In this document: positions 1 to 10,372 of the stretch, in pieces
Layout: every line of letters begins with the position of its first letter
Numbering within the stretch: position 1 is the first letter of the stretch
DNA from: an uncultured Verrucomicrobiae bacterium
Lineage (GTDB): Bacteria; Verrucomicrobiota; Verrucomicrobiia; Palsa-1439
Length of the DNA stretch: 64,000 nt
Direction: 5' to 3'
NCBI GenBank assembly: GCA_963812605.1
Contig: CAWEWF010000005.1
Location: 64,001-128,000, forward strand
Notes under the pieces: model-generated
What the model was told of the DNA's origin: nothing
Databases searched by the model: none
Seen by the model: only the letters and a program-made list of their open reading frames with translations
Program-made: the position numbers and the translations under genes

Positions 1-8
1 CCTGCGTT

Positions 9-695
9 ATGAGTGAGGTCGGCGCCGACATTTTGGTTGCGAGCGGACTTCGCAAAAACTACACTCTCGGCTCGCAGGAAGTTGAGGTGTTACGAGGGAT
101 CGATGTGCGCGTGCGCCGCGGCGAAGCGCTGGTGATTGTGGGCGCTTCCGGGGCGGGGAAAAGCACGCTGCTGCATTTGCTGGGCGGATTGGATGCGCCA
201 TCCGCAGGCGACGTGAGCCTGGATGGCGCTTCGCTTTTTGGGATGTCAAGCGCGGCGCGGACCCGGCTGCGCAACGAGCGGCTGGGGTTCGTTTTCCAGT
301 CGTACAACCTCCTGCCCGAGCTGGATGCACTGGAGAATGTCTGCCTGCCGGCGTTACTGCAGTCACGATCACGCGACGGCGTGGAGGAGCGAGGGACCGA
401 ATTGCTGAAAGCCGTGGGGCTCGAGAAGCGTTTGGAACACCGGCCCGCGGAATTGAGTGGTGGGGAGCAGCAACGCGTGGCGATTGCAAGGGCCCTGATG
501 AATCGGCCCAGCCTGGTGCTGGCGGATGAGCCAACGGGCAATCTTGATTCGAAAACGGGCGAGTCGATCCTCGATTTGCTCTGGCGGTTACGGGAGGATT
601 CGCGCACGACGCTGGTGATGGTAACCCACGACCAGCACATCGCGACGCGCGGAGAACGGGTGTTGGAGATTGCGGACGGGAGAATTTTGGGGTAA
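9..695 (+). CDS. lolD: LolD-like lipoprotein-release ABC transporter ATP-binding protein
   Basis: Walker A GASGAGKST, LSGGEQQRVAIARAL signature, LADEPTGNLD; 228 aa. Confidence 0.8.
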   Translation: MSEVGADILVASGLRKNYTLGSQEVEVLRGIDVRVRRGEALVIVGASGAGKSTLLHLLGGLDAPSAGDVSLDGASLFGMSSAARTRLRNERLGFVFQSYNLLPELDALENVCLPALLQSRSRDGVEERGTELLKAVGLEKRLEHRPAELSGGEQQRVAIARALMNRPSLVLADEPTGNLDSKTGESILDLLWRLREDSRTTLVMVTHDQHIATRGERVLEIADGRILG

Positions 696-720
696 ATAGA
701 GGCACCGTGAGGGCAAGACT

Positions 721-1593
721 GTGAAGATTTATTTGGATGGCAAATACGTTCCGTCAGACGAGGCGAAGGTTTCGGTCTTCGACCACGGACTATTGTATGG
801 CGACGGTGTTTTCGAGGGCATCCGTCTCTACAGTGGGCGCATTTTCCGTCTCGACCAGCATTTGGATCGGCTCTTCAATTCGGCGAAGGCGATCATGCTG
901 CCGATTCCGCTGACAAGGAAGCAGCTCGTCGAGGCCTGCTGCGGGACGTGCCGGCAGAACAAGTTGAAGGACGGCTACATTCGGCTCGTCGTGACGCGCG
1001 GCGTCGGCTACCTCGGATTGAACCCGTTCCGCTGCAAGAACCCGACGGTATTCATCATCGCAGACCGGATTGAGTTGTATCCCGAGAAAGTTTACCGCAA
1101 AGGATTGAAGCTAATTACCGCGAGCACGCAGCGGACGAATCCGGCGGCCATGAGTCCGTCGGTCAAGTCGCTGAACTACCTGAACAATATCCTGGCGAAA
1201 ATCGAAGCGGTGAACGCCGGCACGCTCGAGGCGATCATGCTCAACGCGCAGGGACATGTCGCCGAATGCACCGGCGACAACATTTTTATTGTCCGTAACG
1301 GCAAACTCGAAACGCCGCCCGTCAGCGCGGGCGCGCTCATTGGCATCACGCGGCAGGTCGTCATCGAACTGGCGGCGAAACGCAAAATTGGAGTCAGCGA
1401 GCCGAACCTGACGCGTTACGATTTGTCGACTGCGGACGAGGTATTTCTCACGGGCACGGCGGCGGAGATTGTTCCTGTCTCCAGTATCGATGGGCGGATC
1501 ATCGGTTCGGGCCCGGGCCGGCTGACCTTGAAATTGATGGAAGATTTCCGTAAATTGACACGTTCCGAAGGAACGCCGATCGGAGCACGGTAA
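721..1593 (+). CDS. ilvE: Branched-chain amino acid aminotransferase (PLP fold IV)
   Basis: DHGLLYGDGVFEGIR, KSLNYLNNILAK, EVFLTGTAAE motifs. Confidence 0.93.
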   Translation: MKIYLDGKYVPSDEAKVSVFDHGLLYGDGVFEGIRLYSGRIFRLDQHLDRLFNSAKAIMLPIPLTRKQLVEACCGTCRQNKLKDGYIRLVVTRGVGYLGLNPFRCKNPTVFIIADRIELYPEKVYRKGLKLITASTQRTNPAAMSPSVKSLNYLNNILAKIEAVNAGTLEAIMLNAQGHVAECTGDNIFIVRNGKLETPPVSAGALIGITRQVVIELAAKRKIGVSEPNLTRYDLSTADEVFLTGTAAEIVPVSSIDGRIIGSGPGRLTLKLMEDFRKLTRSEGTPIGAR

Positions 1594-1597
1594 CACA

Positions 1598-2107
1598 ATG
1601 GTCTGCGACATTTGCAAAAAAGCCGATGCGACGGTGTACCTGGCCAAAATCGTGGAAGGGAAACTGTTGAAGGCAAATCTCTGCGAGTCCTGCGCCAAGG
1701 AAAAAGGCGTGGAGGCGGCCGCGGGCTTTGAGGAAGATTTGCTGGTCGGACTCGGCGCGGAAATCAAGGTCGAATCGCCGGGCGCGCAATGTTCCGTTTG
1801 TGGTTTCACCCAGGCGGACTTCAAGAAAACCGGGCGGCTGGGTTGCAGCGCCTGTTGGGAAACTTTCGAGGTCGGGCTGGCCTCGCTTTTAAAGGCGATG
1901 CACAAAGGGGACCATCACATCGGCAAAGTGCCGACGAAGGCGATGCACACGCTGGTGTTGAGCGGGAAGATCCGGGAGCTCTCGGAACAGTTGGACAAGG
2001 CGGTCAGCGAGGAAAAGTATGAGGACGCGGCGCAGGTTCGCGACGAGATCCGCGAACTGGAAGCGAAGTTGAAAAAAGCGGGGAGCGCTGTACGCTCTCC
2101 GGAGTAA
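1598..2107 (+). CDS. mcsA: McsA, protein arginine kinase activator
   Basis: Four CxxC motifs, GRLGC, C-terminal UVR motif EKYEDAAQVRDEI; upstream of mcsB-clpC. Confidence 0.92.
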   Translation: MVCDICKKADATVYLAKIVEGKLLKANLCESCAKEKGVEAAAGFEEDLLVGLGAEIKVESPGAQCSVCGFTQADFKKTGRLGCSACWETFEVGLASLLKAMHKGDHHIGKVPTKAMHTLVLSGKIRELSEQLDKAVSEEKYEDAAQVRDEIRELEAKLKKAGSAVRSPE

Positions 2108-2110
2108 TCC

Positions 2111-3220
2111 ATGAAAATCGATGATTTGCTGAAAAGCCCGGGCGAATGGGTCAAGGCCGACGGACCCAACAGCAAGATCGTCATGTCGTCCCGGGTCCGC
2201 TTTGCGCGCAACATTCGCGATTTTCCGTTTCCGGGCTGGGCCAAAAAAGCCGAGCGCCAGAAACTGCTCGAGATGATCCAGCCGGTGGTCGAGGAGTTGC
2301 CCGAGATGGCGGATCACTTCGGCGACTCGATGGACAACATCAGCGCCATTCACAAGCAGGTGCTGGTGGAACGGCACCTGATCAGCCGCGAGCACGCCGC
2401 GAAAAACGTCGGCAGCGGGGTGGTCATTAATGACCGCGAGACGATCAGCGTGATGATCAATGAGGAAGATCACCTGCGCATGCAGACGATCAAGTCGGGC
2501 CTGCAACTCAAGAATATTTTCAAGATTATCGACAAGGTGGACACGGAACTGGAGGAACACCTCGAATTTGCGTTCTCGCCGAAGCTGGGTTATCTGACAG
2601 CGTGCCCAACAAACGTGGGCACGGCGATGCGCGGTTCGGCCATGGTGCACCTGCCGGGGATGGTGTTGAGCGACCAGATTAACCAGGTAGTGCAGGCGGT
2701 GAACAAGCTCGGCCTGGCGGTGCGGGGTTTGTATGGGGAAGGGACGGAAGCACTTGGGAATGTCTTCCAGGTTTCGAACCAGACAACTTTGGGCGAAAAA
2801 GAGTCGGAAGTGATCGAACGCCTTAACAAGGTAATCTTGCAGATCATTGAACACGAGGAGAATGCGCGCATCACCCTCCTTGAAAAAAAGCCAAAACTGG
2901 TTTATGATCAAATCGGTCGAGCGTATGGCATTCTAAGCAATGCACATACAATCAGTTCCAAAGAGGCACTCAATCTGCTTAGTTTGGTACGTATGGGGGT
3001 AGATTTAGAGATATTTCCGGCGACAGCGCGGGTCACGGTGGATGAAATGTTCATCCTCTCGCAGCCCGCGCACGTACAAAAGGCCGCCGCTCGAAAATTG
3101 ACTGCCGAGGAACGCGACATTTCGCGGGCGGAATTGATCCGCACGCAGTTGGCGGGTATTTCAAAACCGAATCTGAGCGACCGGCCGCCTCTGGAGAGCG
3201 GTCGCGTCGAACCAGAATGA
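2111..3220 (+). CDS. mcsB: Protein arginine kinase McsB
   Basis: SSRVRFARN, INEEDHLR, LTACPTNVGT, FQVSNQ motifs. Confidence 0.95.
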   Translation: MKIDDLLKSPGEWVKADGPNSKIVMSSRVRFARNIRDFPFPGWAKKAERQKLLEMIQPVVEELPEMADHFGDSMDNISAIHKQVLVERHLISREHAAKNVGSGVVINDRETISVMINEEDHLRMQTIKSGLQLKNIFKIIDKVDTELEEHLEFAFSPKLGYLTACPTNVGTAMRGSAMVHLPGMVLSDQINQVVQAVNKLGLAVRGLYGEGTEALGNVFQVSNQTTLGEKESEVIERLNKVILQIIEHEENARITLLEKKPKLVYDQIGRAYGILSNAHTISSKEALNLLSLVRMGVDLEIFPATARVTVDEMFILSQPAHVQKAAARKLTAEERDISRAELIRTQLAGISKPNLSDRPPLESGRVEPE

Positions 3221-3227
3221 GAGGAGG

Positions 3228-5693
3228 GTGATGGAAATGAACAATTTTACGCCGCGGGCGCAACAGGTGCTCGCGTTGGCCCGCAAGGAAGCGGACCGGT
3301 TTAACCACAACTATGTGGGCACGGAGCATCTGCTGCTCGGTCTGATCAAGCTCGGCCAGGGCGTCGCGGTCAATGTTCTCCAGAAGATGGGCCTGGATCT
3401 CGAGACCGTCCGCATGGAAGTGGAGAAACAAATCGGCACCGGCCCCGAGACCAAGATGGTCGGCAACATTCCCTACACCCCTCGCGTAAAGAAAGTCCTC
3501 GCGCTGGCGCAGAAGGAAGCCAAGCAGCTCAATCACAATTACGTCGGCACCGAACACATCCTGCTCGGCCTGCTGCGCGAAGGCGAGGGCGCGGCCGCGC
3601 GCATCCTGAAATCGCTCGACGTTGATATCGAGCGGTGCCGCAATGAGATTCTCAAGGAACTCGATCCCAATTTCACCCCCAGCGAAGGCGGCGTCGAAGA
3701 AGGCGAAGCCAGCGGCAGCAAGAAGGAAATGAAGACGCCCGCGTTGCGCATGTTCGGACGGGACCTGACCGAATTGGCCCGCAAAGGCGAACTCGATCCC
3801 GTCGTGGGCCGCCAGAATGAAATCGAGCGGGTCATCCAGATCCTTTGCCGTCGCACGAAGAACAACCCGGTGTTGCTTGGCGAAGCGGGCGTGGGAAAGA
3901 CGGCCATCGTCGAGGGCCTGGCCCAGGAAGTTGCCAAGGGCAATGTCCCCGAGATTTTGCGCGATAAGCGGGTCGTCACCCTCGACCTGGCGTTGATGGT
4001 GGCGGGCACGAAGTACCGCGGCCAGTTCGAGGAGCGCATCAAGGCCGTCATGGACGAGATCAAGCGCTCGAAGAACGTCATCCTCTTTGTCGATGAGTTG
4101 CACACCATCGTTGGCGCCGGTTCGGCCGAGGGCGCGATGGACGCCAGCAACATCATCAAGCCCGCGCTCTCACGCGGAGAGTTGCAGGTGGTCGGCGCGA
4201 CCACGATGAACGAATATCGCAAGTACATCGAGAAGGACGCCGCGCTGGAGCGCCGTTTCCAAACGGTCATCGTCGAGCCGCCAACAGTCGACCAGACCGT
4301 CGAGATCCTGAAGGGTCTGCGCCCGAAGTACGAGGAACATCACCACGCCAAGTTCTCGGACGAAGCGCTGCTGGCGGCCTCGCGGCTTTCCGACCGCTAC
4401 ATCACCGGCCGATTTCTTCCGGACAAGGCAATTGATGTGGTGGACGAAGCGGGCGCCCGCGCCCGCATTCAATCGATGACGCGCCCGCCGAACATCCAGG
4501 ATTCGGAACGCGACATCGAAAAGATCAAGGAAGAGAAAGAGGCGGCGATCAAGGCCCAGGACTTCGAATTGGCGGCGAGCCTCCGTGACAAGGAAAAACA
4601 CGCGCGCGAGGGTTTGGAACAGACGCTGGCGGAATGGCGCCAGACGCGCGATGAAAAACAGATTGTCATTACCGAAGACGACATCATGCAGATTGTCGCC
4701 AAATGGACCGGCATCCCCCTGAGCCGCATGGAACAGAAGGACGCCGAGAAGTTGCTCCAAATGGAAGGGGAACTGCGCAAGACGGTGATCGGCCAGGACG
4801 AGGCGGTGATCGCGATCAGCAAAGCGCTGCGTCGCAGCCGCGCCGACCTCAAGGACCCGAACCGTCCCATCGGCTCCTTCGTATTCCTCGGGCCGACGGG
4901 CGTGGGCAAAACGTTGATGGCCCGCGCGCTGGCGGAATTCATGTTCGGCGACCAGGATGCGCTCATCCAGCTCGACATGAGCGAGTACATGGAGAAATTC
5001 AATGTCTCGCGGCTCGTGGGTTCGCCACCGGGCTATGTCGGCTACGAAGAGGGCGGTCAATTGACGGAACGCGTGCGTCGCCGTCCGTACTCGGTCGTGC
5101 TGTTCGACGAAATCGAGAAGGCGCATCCCGACGTCATGAATATGCTCTTGCAGATCCTGGAGGATGGTCACTTGACCGACTCGCTCGGCCGCAAGGTGGA
5201 CTTCCGCAATTGCGCCGTCATTATGACATCGAACATTGGCGCCGAGACAATTCGCAAGGCGGGTGAACTGGGTTTTGCTCCGGCCAAGGAAGAACACGTC
5301 TACGGCGATATGAAGGGCAAGCTCCTGGAGGAAGCCAAGCGCGCGTTCAAGCCCGAGTTCATGAACCGCCTCGACGATGTCATCGTCTTCCACACGCTGA
5401 CCAAGGCCGACATGGGCCAGATCGTCCATCTCGAAGTCGAGAAGGTCAAGAGCCGCCTCAAGTACAAGGACGTGGAGATCAGCCTCACGCCGGCGGCGAC
5501 GGACTTCCTGATCGAGAAGGGTTACGATCCGCAGTTTGGCGCGCGGCCCTTGCGTCGCGCCGTGGAAAAATACCTGCAGGACCCGCTGGCCGAGGAAATC
5601 CTGCGTGGCAGCATCAAGCCGAGCGAGACAATCGAAATTACGGTGGGTGACGGGAAACTGGACTTCAACCAGCTTGCCGCGAGCGCCAGCTAA
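3228..5693 (+). CDS. clpC: ATP-dependent Clp protease ATPase ClpC
   Basis: Two Clp-N repeats, two AAA+ domains ([16 protein letters not shown]), UVR middle domain. Confidence 0.97.
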   Translation: MMEMNNFTPRAQQVLALARKEADRFNHNYVGTEHLLLGLIKLGQGVAVNVLQKMGLDLETVRMEVEKQIGTGPETKMVGNIPYTPRVKKVLALAQKEAKQLNHNYVGTEHILLGLLREGEGAAARILKSLDVDIERCRNEILKELDPNFTPSEGGVEEGEASGSKKEMKTPALRMFGRDLTELARKGELDPVVGRQNEIERVIQILCRRTKNNPVLLGEAGVGKTAIVEGLAQEVAKGNVPEILRDKRVVTLDLALMVAGTKYRGQFEERIKAVMDEIKRSKNVILFVDELHTIVGAGSAEGAMDASNIIKPALSRGELQVVGATTMNEYRKYIEKDAALERRFQTVIVEPPTVDQTVEILKGLRPKYEEHHHAKFSDEALLAASRLSDRYITGRFLPDKAIDVVDEAGARARIQSMTRPPNIQDSERDIEKIKEEKEAAIKAQDFELAASLRDKEKHAREGLEQTLAEWRQTRDEKQIVITEDDIMQIVAKWTGIPLSRMEQKDAEKLLQMEGELRKTVIGQDEAVIAISKALRRSRADLKDPNRPIGSFVFLGPTGVGKTLMARALAEFMFGDQDALIQLDMSEYMEKFNVSRLVGSPPGYVGYEEGGQLTERVRRRPYSVVLFDEIEKAHPDVMNMLLQILEDGHLTDSLGRKVDFRNCAVIMTSNIGAETIRKAGELGFAPAKEEHVYGDMKGKLLEEAKRAFKPEFMNRLDDVIVFHTLTKADMGQIVHLEVEKVKSRLKYKDVEISLTPAATDFLIEKGYDPQFGARPLRRAVEKYLQDPLAEEILRGSIKPSETIEITVGDGKLDFNQLAASAS

Positions 5694-5778
5694 CTGTCGG
5701 CGACCGAGTCGTGAACGCGGCTTGGGTTGTTGTTTCGTTGCCGTTTTGTCCTCACGGCTGCGCTCTGCAAACACTGGT

Positions 5779-8016
5779 TCACGGACCGACTGTTTGCAAG
5801 GAATTGAAGTAGACGTTATTACCCGAGCCGGCTCCGGCGTTGTTGTTGAACAAGGCGATGCTGTCCACCGTGCTGCCCAACGTGCCGGCCAGCGTGCCGC
5901 TGAGCGTGCTGTTGGTTGCGCCGCTCGCGTTATCGATCGTCACCAGGGTATAGGTGTTGGTGTTGTTCAGCGTGAACACCAGGTGCAAGCCCGTGCTCGT
6001 AAACGGTACGCCGAGGTTGTGCTGGCCGCCCGAGTCCACCACCTTGTAGCTGTTGCTGGAATCATTCCCGATATACAGAAACTGCAAGCGGGCACCCGTG
6101 GTATAGTTGGTCGGGCTGCTGGTGAAGTTGCCGTTGCGCAGGACAAAGCCCACTGTTCCACTCGCATTAACGTAGCCGTTGTCCATGTCAACCCCCAGTA
6201 TCCCGCCAGCCGCTAGCGAGTTGCTGAACGCCCGATACGCCACCGCGAGATTGGCGCTGTTAGCATACAGGCCCCACGAGGTGCCACCGATGTCGATATC
6301 ATTCGTCCCGTTCCCGTTATTCGTGGAACTGCCGATGAAGAAACCGTCATTGTTAAGGTTGGTACTGGTCTTCGTCAACGTCCACGAGCCGAAGCCCCTA
6401 CCGGCAGTGCTACCACTGACCCAGGCGTTGCTGTACACGCGGGCGATGGTGCTGTCAAAGGACACGTAGGGCACGGAGGGTCCCGGCTTCACGGACATGA
6501 CGACCCGATAGAACTGCTGGGCCACGTCCGGGCTGTTGGTTATATCGAATTCCATGATGCCGCCGGTGCCGATGAGACTCCCCGGAAGAGTCGACCATGT
6601 GTTCGTGCGAAGATCACCTGTGCTCTGCAAACTGATCGTGGCGTTACCAATGGAAGAGAACCGCAAGCGGAAGGAGTTGAGCAGACAATGGATATCACAG
6701 ATAGGGGTAAAAGAGTAGGTGGGTTGCTGTGATAGAGCTTGCAACTCGAACGCGCCAATATCGCTGCGGTCTCCCAGGCAGGGAGGCGTTTGGTTGAGCA
6801 AGTTGACCGGTCGCGGGAGGCCGCGCTGGTCCGTGGAGCAGTTGAAGCTGTAGCCTGCGTCAATGGCAGGGCTGCTATTTGAAAGCGCCATTGTAAAGGT
6901 TGGCCCGCCATAGTCACCGAGTGGGAGGAGGCCCGGATTCACCGGAAGTCCGGTAGAAGGGGTCGGGCCGACGATGTCGCAGGGTCCCGTCCATCCGTCG
7001 CTGCCGCTCCATTGGCCGATGAGGTTGTAACCTTGACTGCTAACGTCACCATCGACGTCCGGGCCCGGGCCCGGGCCAAAATCTGGCGGGCCAGTAATTG
7101 AAGTGTTGCCTGCGATGATGGAGTTTTGGACAGTTACTGAACCGCCCGCATAAAGACCGCCGCCGCCGCCACCGCCGAATTCGCCGCCGGCGTGATTTCC
7201 GCTGATGGTGCAGGCGGTCACCGTCAAATTACCGGTGTTGTTGATTGCTCCACCGGTATTGGCGCTGTTGTCACTGAATGTGCTCAAGGTCACCACCGTC
7301 AAACTATCACCGTAGATTGCTCCACCAGCACCATAATTCCCTGCGATGTTGCCACTGAACGTGCAGGCGGTCACCGTCAAATTACCGGCGTTGTAGATTG
7401 CTCCACCATTTTGAGACATCCCTGAACTGTTGCCACTGAACGTGCAGGCGGTCACCGTCAAATTACCGGCGTTGTAGATTGCTCCACCGTGAACGGCGCC
7501 GTTGCCACTGAACGTGCTCAAGGTCACCGTCAAATTACCACCGTTGTAGATTGCTCCACCCTGGGCATAGACCTGGTTGTTAGTGAACGTGCAGGCGGTC
7601 ACCGTCAAAGTACTGTTGAGGTCATTGGAGATCGCTCCACCAGAACCAGCGGAGCCGTTGGCAATTGTCAGGTCGGAGATGGTGACCGTTACTCCGGAAG
7701 CGATATTAAACACTTGGTACTGTTGGGTACCGTCGATTGTTAGTGAACTCGCGCCCGGTCCGGCGATGGTGAGGCTTTTGTTGATTGTGGGCAGTGTGCT
7801 GCCCAGCGTGATGGTGCCCGTGGCACTGATCGTGATCGTATCGCCAGGCGCTGCGTTATTCATGCAGAACCGCAACGAGCCGTTTTGCATGGGAACGCTC
7901 CCGGTGCCGGGATCGGCGGTGTTGTTGACGGTCCAGGTGGCCGCCTTCGCGGTGGTGGCAGCGAAGAACGCCACGTAACAGAACCCAGGCAAAAGTTTCC
8001 GCAGCAGTCTGTTCAT
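5779..8016 (-). CDS. Secreted beta-helix (Pmp-like FxxN/GGAI repeat) protein with choice-of-anchor-Q-like domain and extra C-terminal domains
   Basis: Signal peptide MNRLLRKLL...AKA; GGAIYN/FSGN repeats; LGDYGGPT...SPAIDAG...DQRG...DIGAFE motif; start placed at the ATG after a GGAAAGGA RBS rather than 8244. Confidence 0.8.
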   Translation of the reverse strand: MNRLLRKLLPGFCYVAFFAATTAKAATWTVNNTADPGTGSVPMQNGSLRFCMNNAAPGDTITISATGTITLGSTLPTINKSLTIAGPGASSLTIDGTQQYQVFNIASGVTVTISDLTIANGSAGSGGAISNDLNSTLTVTACTFTNNQVYAQGGAIYNGGNLTVTLSTFSGNGAVHGGAIYNAGNLTVTACTFSGNSSGMSQNGGAIYNAGNLTVTACTFSGNIAGNYGAGGAIYGDSLTVVTLSTFSDNSANTGGAINNTGNLTVTACTISGNHAGGEFGGGGGGGLYAGGSVTVQNSIIAGNTSITGPPDFGPGPGPDVDGDVSSQGYNLIGQWSGSDGWTGPCDIVGPTPSTGLPVNPGLLPLGDYGGPTFTMALSNSSPAIDAGYSFNCSTDQRGLPRPVNLLNQTPPCLGDRSDIGAFELQALSQQPTYSFTPICDIHCLLNSFRLRFSSIGNATISLQSTGDLRTNTWSTLPGSLIGTGGIMEFDITNSPDVAQQFYRVVMSVKPGPSVPYVSFDSTIARVYSNAWVSGSTAGRGFGSWTLTKTSTNLNNDGFFIGSSTNNGNGTNDIDIGGTSWGLYANSANLAVAYRAFSNSLAAGGILGVDMDNGYVNASGTVGFVLRNGNFTSSPTNYTTGARLQFLYIGNDSSNSYKVVDSGGQHNLGVPFTSTGLHLVFTLNNTNTYTLVTIDNASGATNSTLSGTLAGTLGSTVDSIALFNNNAGAGSGNNVYFNSLQTVGP
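7204..7610 (-). repeat. Intragenic tandem repeats (72-81 bp units) encoding GGAIYNxGNLTVT...FSGN
   Basis: Core ggtcaccgtcaaattacc...gtagattgctccacc recurs about five times. Confidence 0.85.
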
Positions 8017-8066
8017 AAAGAATCCTTTCCATGTTGGGAGCGTCCCGGGCCAAGCCGGGGAAGGTG

Positions 8067-8390
8067 GGAGACAGAGTGATACTGCGTCCTGATGAGCCAC
8101 TGCTCGATGTGCCTGCGTGATGCGCCAAAAATCAACGTGCCCTGCGATTCTGGAGGGATACGGAGGAGCAAACGCAAACGAGACGCCAACCTCGCCATTT
8201 CTCCAAGCGGGTCGCAGTACAGCAAAACATCGCCCGACGGTCAAGATAATTCAGGCTTCCAGAGCATGTGGCCGCCGCGCCGGCCTCACCCGCTCAGAGG
8301 TTGTAGCAGGTATCCTCAGCATTGCCATCCTCGTCCAAGCCGGTCCGCTCAAGAACCAGCCCCACCCCACGTGCCCCGTCAGCCGGATAC
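8067..8390. repeat. Copy A of a diverged non-coding module (copy B at 10373-10682)
   Basis: Colinear conserved blocks such as tcaacgtgccctgcgattctgga, aaacgcaaacgagacgccaacctc, tccaagccggtccgctca and cgtcagccggatac. Confidence 0.85.
8173..8189 (-). promoter_or_regulatory. sigma54-like -24/-12 promoter for the 5779-8016 gene
   Basis: Minus strand TTGGCGTCTCGTTTGCG = GG-N10-GC. Confidence 0.55.
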
Positions 8391-8421
8391 AAAGAAAGAG
8401 CCCCGCAACCCTGCGGGGCTC
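8391..8421 (-). terminator. Rho-independent terminator after the 8457-10043 gene
   Basis: GAGCCCCGCA/TGCGGGGCTC 10-bp stem followed by TTTCTTT on the minus strand. Confidence 0.8.
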
Positions 8422-8456
8422 ATCCCGATGACGGACGCGATTAACGGGTCTGGACG

Positions 8457-10043
8457 CTAATTCTGCTGGTAGAGGTTGAGTGTTACAGTTGCAGTTTTGG
8501 TCTTTGTTCCAACTTCATACTTATACTTCATCTCCGTTTTTCCAAGCAGGGTGAAACCTGCAGGGGCCACAGAGTTAGTCGGCAGAGCTAGGTACGCACC
8601 TTGCGGCAGTACAGAACCCGCAGGTCCTTGTGGGCCTGTCGCTCCTGTCGCTCCCTGTGGACCCACAGGTCCTTGCGGGCCTACTAGAGCGGTCAGGTTT
8701 GTCGTCCCGAGTTGACCTTGGGAGTTCACGACGACCACTGCGCCGCCTGCCAAACTGACTCCACTAATCCCAGCGATAAACGTATTCGTGTGGGTGCCTT
8801 GTGTGCCGATACGAATGATGCCAGCTTCATCGGCGACACCTTGGTTGCCAATATCAATATTGTTTTCGCCCACAGTAATATTGGAACCAGCCGATGCTCC
8901 CAGTGCGATGTTGTTGCTGCCCGTCGTGTCTCCTGCGAGCGCCTCGAACCCGATGGCCGTGTTATTGTCGGAATCGTTGTTGTAAAGCGCGTGGAAGCCT
9001 TCGGCAGTGTTCGCAGAACCGTCGGCGTTGAGATACATCGCAAACGCGCCATCCGCCGTATTCTGGCCGCCCGTTATATTGAATTGGAGCGCCGCCGTGC
9101 CGGAGGCCGAGTTCTGGGTGCCGATCGTGTTGGAGAGGAGAGCGTTCTGGCCGATGGCGGTGTTCTGGCCGCCCGTCGTGTTGTCTTCGAGCGCATTTTC
9201 GCCGACGGCCGTGCTCCCGGAAGCCGTCGTGTTGGACTGGAGCGCCGAGATGCCAACGGCTGTGTTCTGCCCGCCCGATGTGTTGGATACGAGCGCCTCG
9301 TAGCCGATGGCCGTGTTGCTGCTGCCCGACGTGTTGTCTTCGAGCGCGTAGGCGCCGATGGCCGTGTTTTGGTCGCCATCGTTGTTGTAAAGCGCGTGGA
9401 AGCCTTCGGCAGTGTTCGCAGAACCGTCGACGTTGAGATACATCGCAAACGCGCCATCCGCCGTATTCTGGCCGCCGGCTATATTGAATTGGAGCGCCGC
9501 CGTGCCGGAGGCCGAGTTCTGGGTGCCGATCGTGTTGGAGAGGAGAGCGTTCTGGCCGATGGCGGTGTTCTGGCCGCCCGTCGTGTTGGACTGAAGCGCA
9601 TTTTCGCCGACGGCCGTGCTCCCGGAGGCCGTCGTGTTGGATTGGAGCGCCGAGATGCCAACGGCTGTGTTCTGCCCGCCCGATGTGTTGGATACGAGCG
9701 CCAAAGCGCCGACGGCCGTGTTGCTGCTGCCGGTCGTGTTGACGAGGAGTGCGTTGTAGCCGTCGGCGGTATTGTACCCGCCACTCGTGACGTGATTGAG
9801 CGCAGCGACACCTCCTGCGGTGTTCGTGCCGCCACTCAGTGTGAGGTTGCCAGCCAACTGGCCGACAAAGAAGTTTCCATTGTTATCGGCATCCAGCAGC
9901 AGAGCAGTTCCAGAGTAGATGATGTCGTTGGTCACCTGGGTGGCGGGCAGGTACAACGTCGTGAATGTTTGGCCGACGGCGATCGAAAGCGGCGCCGCGA
10001 CCAGCGCCAGTGTGATGACGAGTATTCCGAGCTTGGATTTCAT
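8457..10043 (-). CDS. Secreted NTAxG 17-aa repeat (adhesin/fibre-like) protein with short collagen-like segment
   Basis: Signal peptide; many NTA(V/I)GxxAL repeats; GPQGPVGPQGATGATGPQGP; AGAGGAG RBS. Confidence 0.85.
   Translation of the reverse strand: MKSKLGILVITLALVAAPLSIAVGQTFTTLYLPATQVTNDIIYSGTALLLDADNNGNFFVGQLAGNLTLSGGTNTAGGVAALNHVTSGGYNTADGYNALLVNTTGSSNTAVGALALVSNTSGGQNTAVGISALQSNTTASGSTAVGENALQSNTTGGQNTAIGQNALLSNTIGTQNSASGTAALQFNIAGGQNTADGAFAMYLNVDGSANTAEGFHALYNNDGDQNTAIGAYALEDNTSGSSNTAIGYEALVSNTSGGQNTAVGISALQSNTTASGSTAVGENALEDNTTGGQNTAIGQNALLSNTIGTQNSASGTAALQFNITGGQNTADGAFAMYLNADGSANTAEGFHALYNNDSDNNTAIGFEALAGDTTGSNNIALGASAGSNITVGENNIDIGNQGVADEAGIIRIGTQGTHTNTFIAGISGVSLAGGAVVVVNSQGQLGTTNLTALVGPQGPVGPQGATGATGPQGPAGSVLPQGAYLALPTNSVAPAGFTLLGKTEMKYKYEVGTKTKTATVTLNLYQQN
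8973..9702 (-). repeat. Near-identical internal duplication with 405-bp period (8973-9297 and 9378-9702)
   Basis: DNA nearly identical at offset 405; protein block ALVSNTSGGQ...ALYNND occurs twice. Confidence 0.9.
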
Positions 10044-10372
10044 TACGGTCTCCTCTTTGGGGTTTGTCTGGGGTTAGCCCAGACGTTGTTTGTTTGTGCG
10101 ATTCTGTGGAAGTGAAGCGCTCCCTGCTGGTTGGCCATGTCGCCGCCGGCCGCTTCGGGGACGGGCACATTGAAACCGATGCCCGAGCCGACCCGTTTTG
10201 CACAGTGGCCAGATATACCAATCGGGATTTCCCATTTGTCATCAAATTCAAGCGACGAATCTTCCTGGTCGGTTCTTCTCTGGAAAAAGGCAGTGGGGAA
10301 CCGTCCCGGCCGCAAGACCAGTGCGATAGCCCGGTGGCATGCGCCGATTCAAAAAGATTAGCGGCTGGGCGT

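Noticed and set aside
2962-2990. CIRCE operator in mcsB (and TTAGCA...GAGTGC near 36025)
   Set aside because: Only half-sites or wrong spacing
8089-8135. CTGATGAG as a hammerhead ribozyme core
   Set aside because: No stem II followed by GAAA and no stem III/UH site; the motif is not kept in copy B
8334-8390. DGR template/variable repeat pair (many A-to-G differences vs copy B)
   Set aside because: Non-adenine changes are as frequent, the region is non-coding, and there is no reverse transcriptase in the window
8117-8431. + strand ORF with pilin-like RRAGLTRSEVVAGILSIAILV
   Set aside because: The motif is degenerate and mid-ORF, and it is not conserved in the paralogous module
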